Assembly (NCBI GenBank): GCA_009602725.1
Contig: WELB01000017.1
Location: forward strand, 488,855 to 549,152
DNA: 60,298 nt
Direction of reading: 5' to 3'
From: Spirogloea muscicola
Taxonomy: Eukaryota
Below, one piece after another: positions 56,320 through 60,298 of this stretch. The stretch's first letter is position 1. Every line of letters starts with the position of its first letter. The notes beneath the pieces were generated by a model. It was not told where the DNA came from. It searched no databases and worked only from the letters and a program-made list of their open reading frames with translations. Both the position numbers and the translations under genes were made by a program.

Positions 56320-59300
56320 CTACTTTGGCAGCAGCATGAAATCAGCAAAAGATGGTGTGCCATTGTTTGGCGCCGGCATCAGGCCCAGTATGCTGCACAT
56401 TAGGCCATATATTTCAACGTTTGAAAAGGCCCCCACCTTCCTGCCACTGGCGAATCGTGGGCCTCTGCACACAATTTCACAATGACAGCCAGAATGGCCA
56501 GCAGCAATCAGTGTTAGACAAGACATCCCTTCACAACTGCCGGATGTCCTCAAAGCATGAGTACCTCATGGGCACAGATGCAGATCTCATGAAAATCCTG
56601 ACAACCACAAGTGCAGGGTCTAGCTTTCGGAGTTTCCATACACCGCAGAGTTGAAAGATAATGCACTTGCAAGTCATCAAGGGCAAATGATTGCACTCAT
56701 GACGGGCGCATCTGCTCAAATTGAACATCTATGATCAGGCTCCAAGTACTGAAGGTCAGGAAGTAAGGACGCATAAGAGAATCTGTGAAGCTGCGAATCT
56801 GCGAAAGATGAGTTACCTGGCAAAGAAGACGGCTCGCATGGAGAGGAGGGCATTGTCATACCCATGCGAACCCCCACAAGACATAGAATCGTGCCTGCTG
56901 TAGTGTATAGCATAGCCCTCCCCCGCAATTGCAAGTATAGGCTGCAGACAAGATTTAGAGGTGGTCTGTGAACAGATGCAGCTAAACTGGTAATATATCA
57001 GGAGCAAGAGCAGGCTTTTTACCAAAAGAGCATTGCTACAAGGCTTGACCACTGCAGTGCCCGGGGTTTTGCTTATTGGAGGCGGGCACCTGTATCCGAT
57101 CACTTTCAGTGTAATTAAAGCGCTCCGGCAAATCATCCTTGAGGTAGAGAGACACAGAGTCCGAATTCGCCACATCGCCTAACCAATAGGATGAAGCATC
57201 CATGCACACAGCAGCAAACAGAACCATGAGCAATCACTCCTTCATGGACCGTACATTCTATCTTGCCATACTTGCTGCACAGTGCTACAGGATGACCTGC
57301 ACATGCACGTCAAGGTACTGTGAGGATCAATAGGCTTGGGAGCCTTGATAAGTAGTCACAGTATTGTGCTTGTGCTTGAGACTCAGGACTTGTTCTAAAA
57401 TCACCTGAAGCGAGGGCATCTGTCATGCCTTTGTACACGTCCTCCACCTCCACCGCAGGCGGTGGCCGAAGTGCCAGCACTGACCCAGTCGTCTCAATCC
57501 ATGCACGGGAGATGTTCACCCACGGCTCCATGTCCTCCAGGTAAACCTCCTTACCAGCACAATTGGCGAGCATCCCGTGGTCGCTGAGCAGAATGATGTT
57601 CACATCGTCTAAGACGTCCCTGCAAACGGGACTATGAATGTCACTGACATGTTCAGAGAAGCCTCAATGACCACATTGGCTTGGCCCCTACTACTGCGAG
57701 GAACATGCCAATTGCTCCACCAACAAGTAAGTACACTGAACACATGCTGTGATGGATTAGAACTCACACCACTTGCACACTGGCAAATTTTACTTAAGCG
57801 ACGGTTACAAGGACATATGACTATGCAAAACCAACAGTACACAAGCTTCATGATGACCTGACACATGTACTGGCCAGAAGAATACAAAAAGTTGCACAGT
57901 GTCGATGGACCTGGAGGCTAGCCCGTCAAGAAGACGACCAATCATGTCGTCAACCCTTGACACGGCAGCACTGACAGCTCTGTCATCTGGGCCAAAATGG
58001 TGGCCACTATGATCGGGCTCCTCAAAGTAAAGTGTGATAAGGCTGGCAGATCATTGCCACATCAGAGCACAGCCAGGCAGCAGCAAAAGGACGATAGCGC
58101 GTCAGCTTCAGTACTTACACCCTAGCATCAGGGCCTAAATTTGGAGCGGAATACATGCTATAAAGCTGTACTCTGACGACCAAGGTGCAACATGCAACAG
58201 CTAAAAGCCTGACAGGCCACATGAGCCTGACAGACCATCTTGGGCCAAGCGTTGCTAAGATAGAAGATGCTCACTCCTAAGCACTTCAACCTGACAGTGA
58301 AATGTACACAGCTGCCACACTCTTCAGCCTTCACGTATGATGTCACACAAAGCCAACCCAACTACTTGCTTGAACATGTAGAGTCAAGCTCGCCACTTCC
58401 TTCATGCTCTCAAGGGCGACTGAACACAAGGAGGCGCGCAATTCACCTGGGCCGCTCGGCTGCAGGGAGGTCGACCCACTCAAGCACCTTGTCAACTCGC
58501 TGCACATGTAGGCAGCTGCCGCTTGGAGTCAGGATGGATTGCAGCAAAATAGTGGCAAAAGGAGTTTGCCAAGCGTTATGAAGAGTGAAGTCTTTCAAGA
58601 GCAGGTGCTAGATTTCACAGCCACACCAGCTTCCAAGTGATGCACTGCTGTCGACTGCAATTCGAAAGTGTTAAATCACAGGCAACCTAGACTCATTGCT
58701 GCCACAAGTCTGCAGCGCAGGCAATGCAGATGCACCAAGTCGAGCAGGAATAAGTCTGGAAGCAGGACCGTCAGGGCTGTCTTTGGAGGCTGGCTCACCT
58801 CCTCATATGGGACGGAGCCGTTGTAGTGAAGGCAGTATGACGGATCACATGCCCATGGGTCTTTGTGCACCTCGGACCCCGGCCAGAAGAAGGTTGCTGC
58901 CTTCAGGCCCTGCCATGCACAACTGCGGACGCGGTGGTTGGAGCTCAATACTGCCTCACTGAATTAATGTTGGTGAGAGCGCCTCTGCTCGATTTGTGTA
59001 TGGACAAACACAACCTCAGCTTGGAGACCCTGCCTCTACAGTGAGCAGTAGCACTGAAGCTCTCAAGACCGAGGAACTTATAGCTCGAATCTTCAAAGTC
59101 AACCGGTTTAGCCTGAACATGCCACATGAGTCTGGAATTTCCATTTCCAGATCCATCTGCTGGCTTAGAAACAACCGACCCCCAGACTCTTTATCATAAT
59201 CACGTGAATATGCTTGCTAAGCTGTGGGTGCCCTACTACGACCTCAGCTCTCTGGCTTGAAATCTGAGTCAACTTTGACTTGCTAGGAGCTAATGCTTCT

Positions 59301-60298
59301 GGACATCGGCTTCCGGTCCAGTTGGCTCCGCTTGGCGCACCTGCTTAAGGGCAGTCTGCCAGATGGGTTCGCCGAGCCACCACTTGGGATCGGTGGAGCG
59401 CATGGAGAAGCTCTCGAACGTGTGCGAGGCGTTGTGGAAGTGGTTGGCAATGATGCCGTGCCACGGTGGGAAGAGGCCGGTGGCAATGGAGTAGTGGTTG
59501 GGAAACGTTACTGACGGGAAGACTGGCAGGAGGCCGTCATCTGCCTCCACGCCCTCCTGCCGCAGCCTGCACTGATAATTAGCTGTACTTCAGGATTGCC
59601 AAACGGCTACCCAAATCTTCAAGCTGGCGCAACATTGCAGCCAGGCAATGACTGACTCATTGGGCTGTCATTGAACGCCCTCGTTAATGTTCAGGAAGAG
59701 CCCCAATCTCAGAAGCCAGGGCTCAGCGCAAGGAGGCGAGCGGAGCAGGCATGCAATCGACTTGCCTAGGCACACCCTGTGCACGAGACACAGTGGTTGA
59801 GAAGCCTAAAGCCCATTCAAATCAAGACTGCAATCTAGATCCCAGAGTGGAGCTGATGCTAATCCCTGACTTCCAGAGTGGAGCTGAGAAGCAGCTCAAA
59901 AGTCACCAGGGCCAATACACCAGCAGGTCTTAATTGCCACTAATTGGCATGCGGGAGATCGACAAGGCAGACGGTGGGAGGCGCTGACGGGCCGCCATGA
60001 AGGTGGTAACTGCAGGAATGGCCGTCTGGCGGCGTGTGCACACCTGTCGATGCTGGGCGTGGGGACCTTGCGGTTGTAGCCCCAGCGGAAGCCGTCGGAG
60101 GAGATGAGGATGACGAGCGGCGGCACGCCGAGCCGGCTGTGGTGGCGCGCGGCGGCGGCGGCGCTGGCTGGGCAGCCGGGCTGCGGCAGGACGCCGAGCA
60201 AGAGGAGGATGTAGCCGACTACCAGCGTTCCTGCGACCACCGCGGCCAGCGGCGGCGGCGGCTGGTCAGGCGGCTCGCCTGAGCGGCGGCGGCGACGG
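56320..60298 (-). CDS. Nucleotide pyrophosphatase/phosphodiesterase (NPP/ENPP, alkaline phosphatase superfamily) with an N-terminal membrane anchor; 5' end beyond the window
   Basis: [30 protein letters not shown] (catalytic Thr), [50 protein letters not shown]. Confidence 0.94.

Overview
Eukaryotic nuclear DNA: GC-rich, many short GT-AG introns, GCC-rich 5' ends and several N gaps. The gene set (psaO, CDPK, TRF2/HOY1-type PH protein, PRD2-like, plastid-type M23 peptidase) suggests a streptophyte green alga or close plant relative; this is an inference. About 14 intron-containing host genes are present: M23 peptidase, TRM61, CDPK, a small basic protein, a hypothetical protein, ABC1K kinase, psaO, a DnaJ-like Zn finger, NDC80, PTC7-type PP2C, an ureidoglycolate-lyase-like cupin, PRD2/MEI4-like, APS kinase, TRF2/HOY1-like and an NPP phosphodiesterase. 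Between them lie islands of CRE-clade-like non-LTR retrotransposon pieces (RT plus restriction-like endonuclease) from several families, whose ORFs nearly all end in (L/V)L(T/S)RGY*. Two signals stand out. (1) The retroelements insert into each other as Russian-doll nests with readable target-site duplications, twice at the same palindromic site (CTGCTNAGCAG) in their own terminal codons, and they share a 3' hairpin plus a (TTC)n tail. (2) The CDPK gene contains what looks like a mutually exclusive exon pair that switches between a full Ca2+-regulated kinase and a kinase-only stop isoform. All protein assignments come from motif recognition by eye; no database searches were run.
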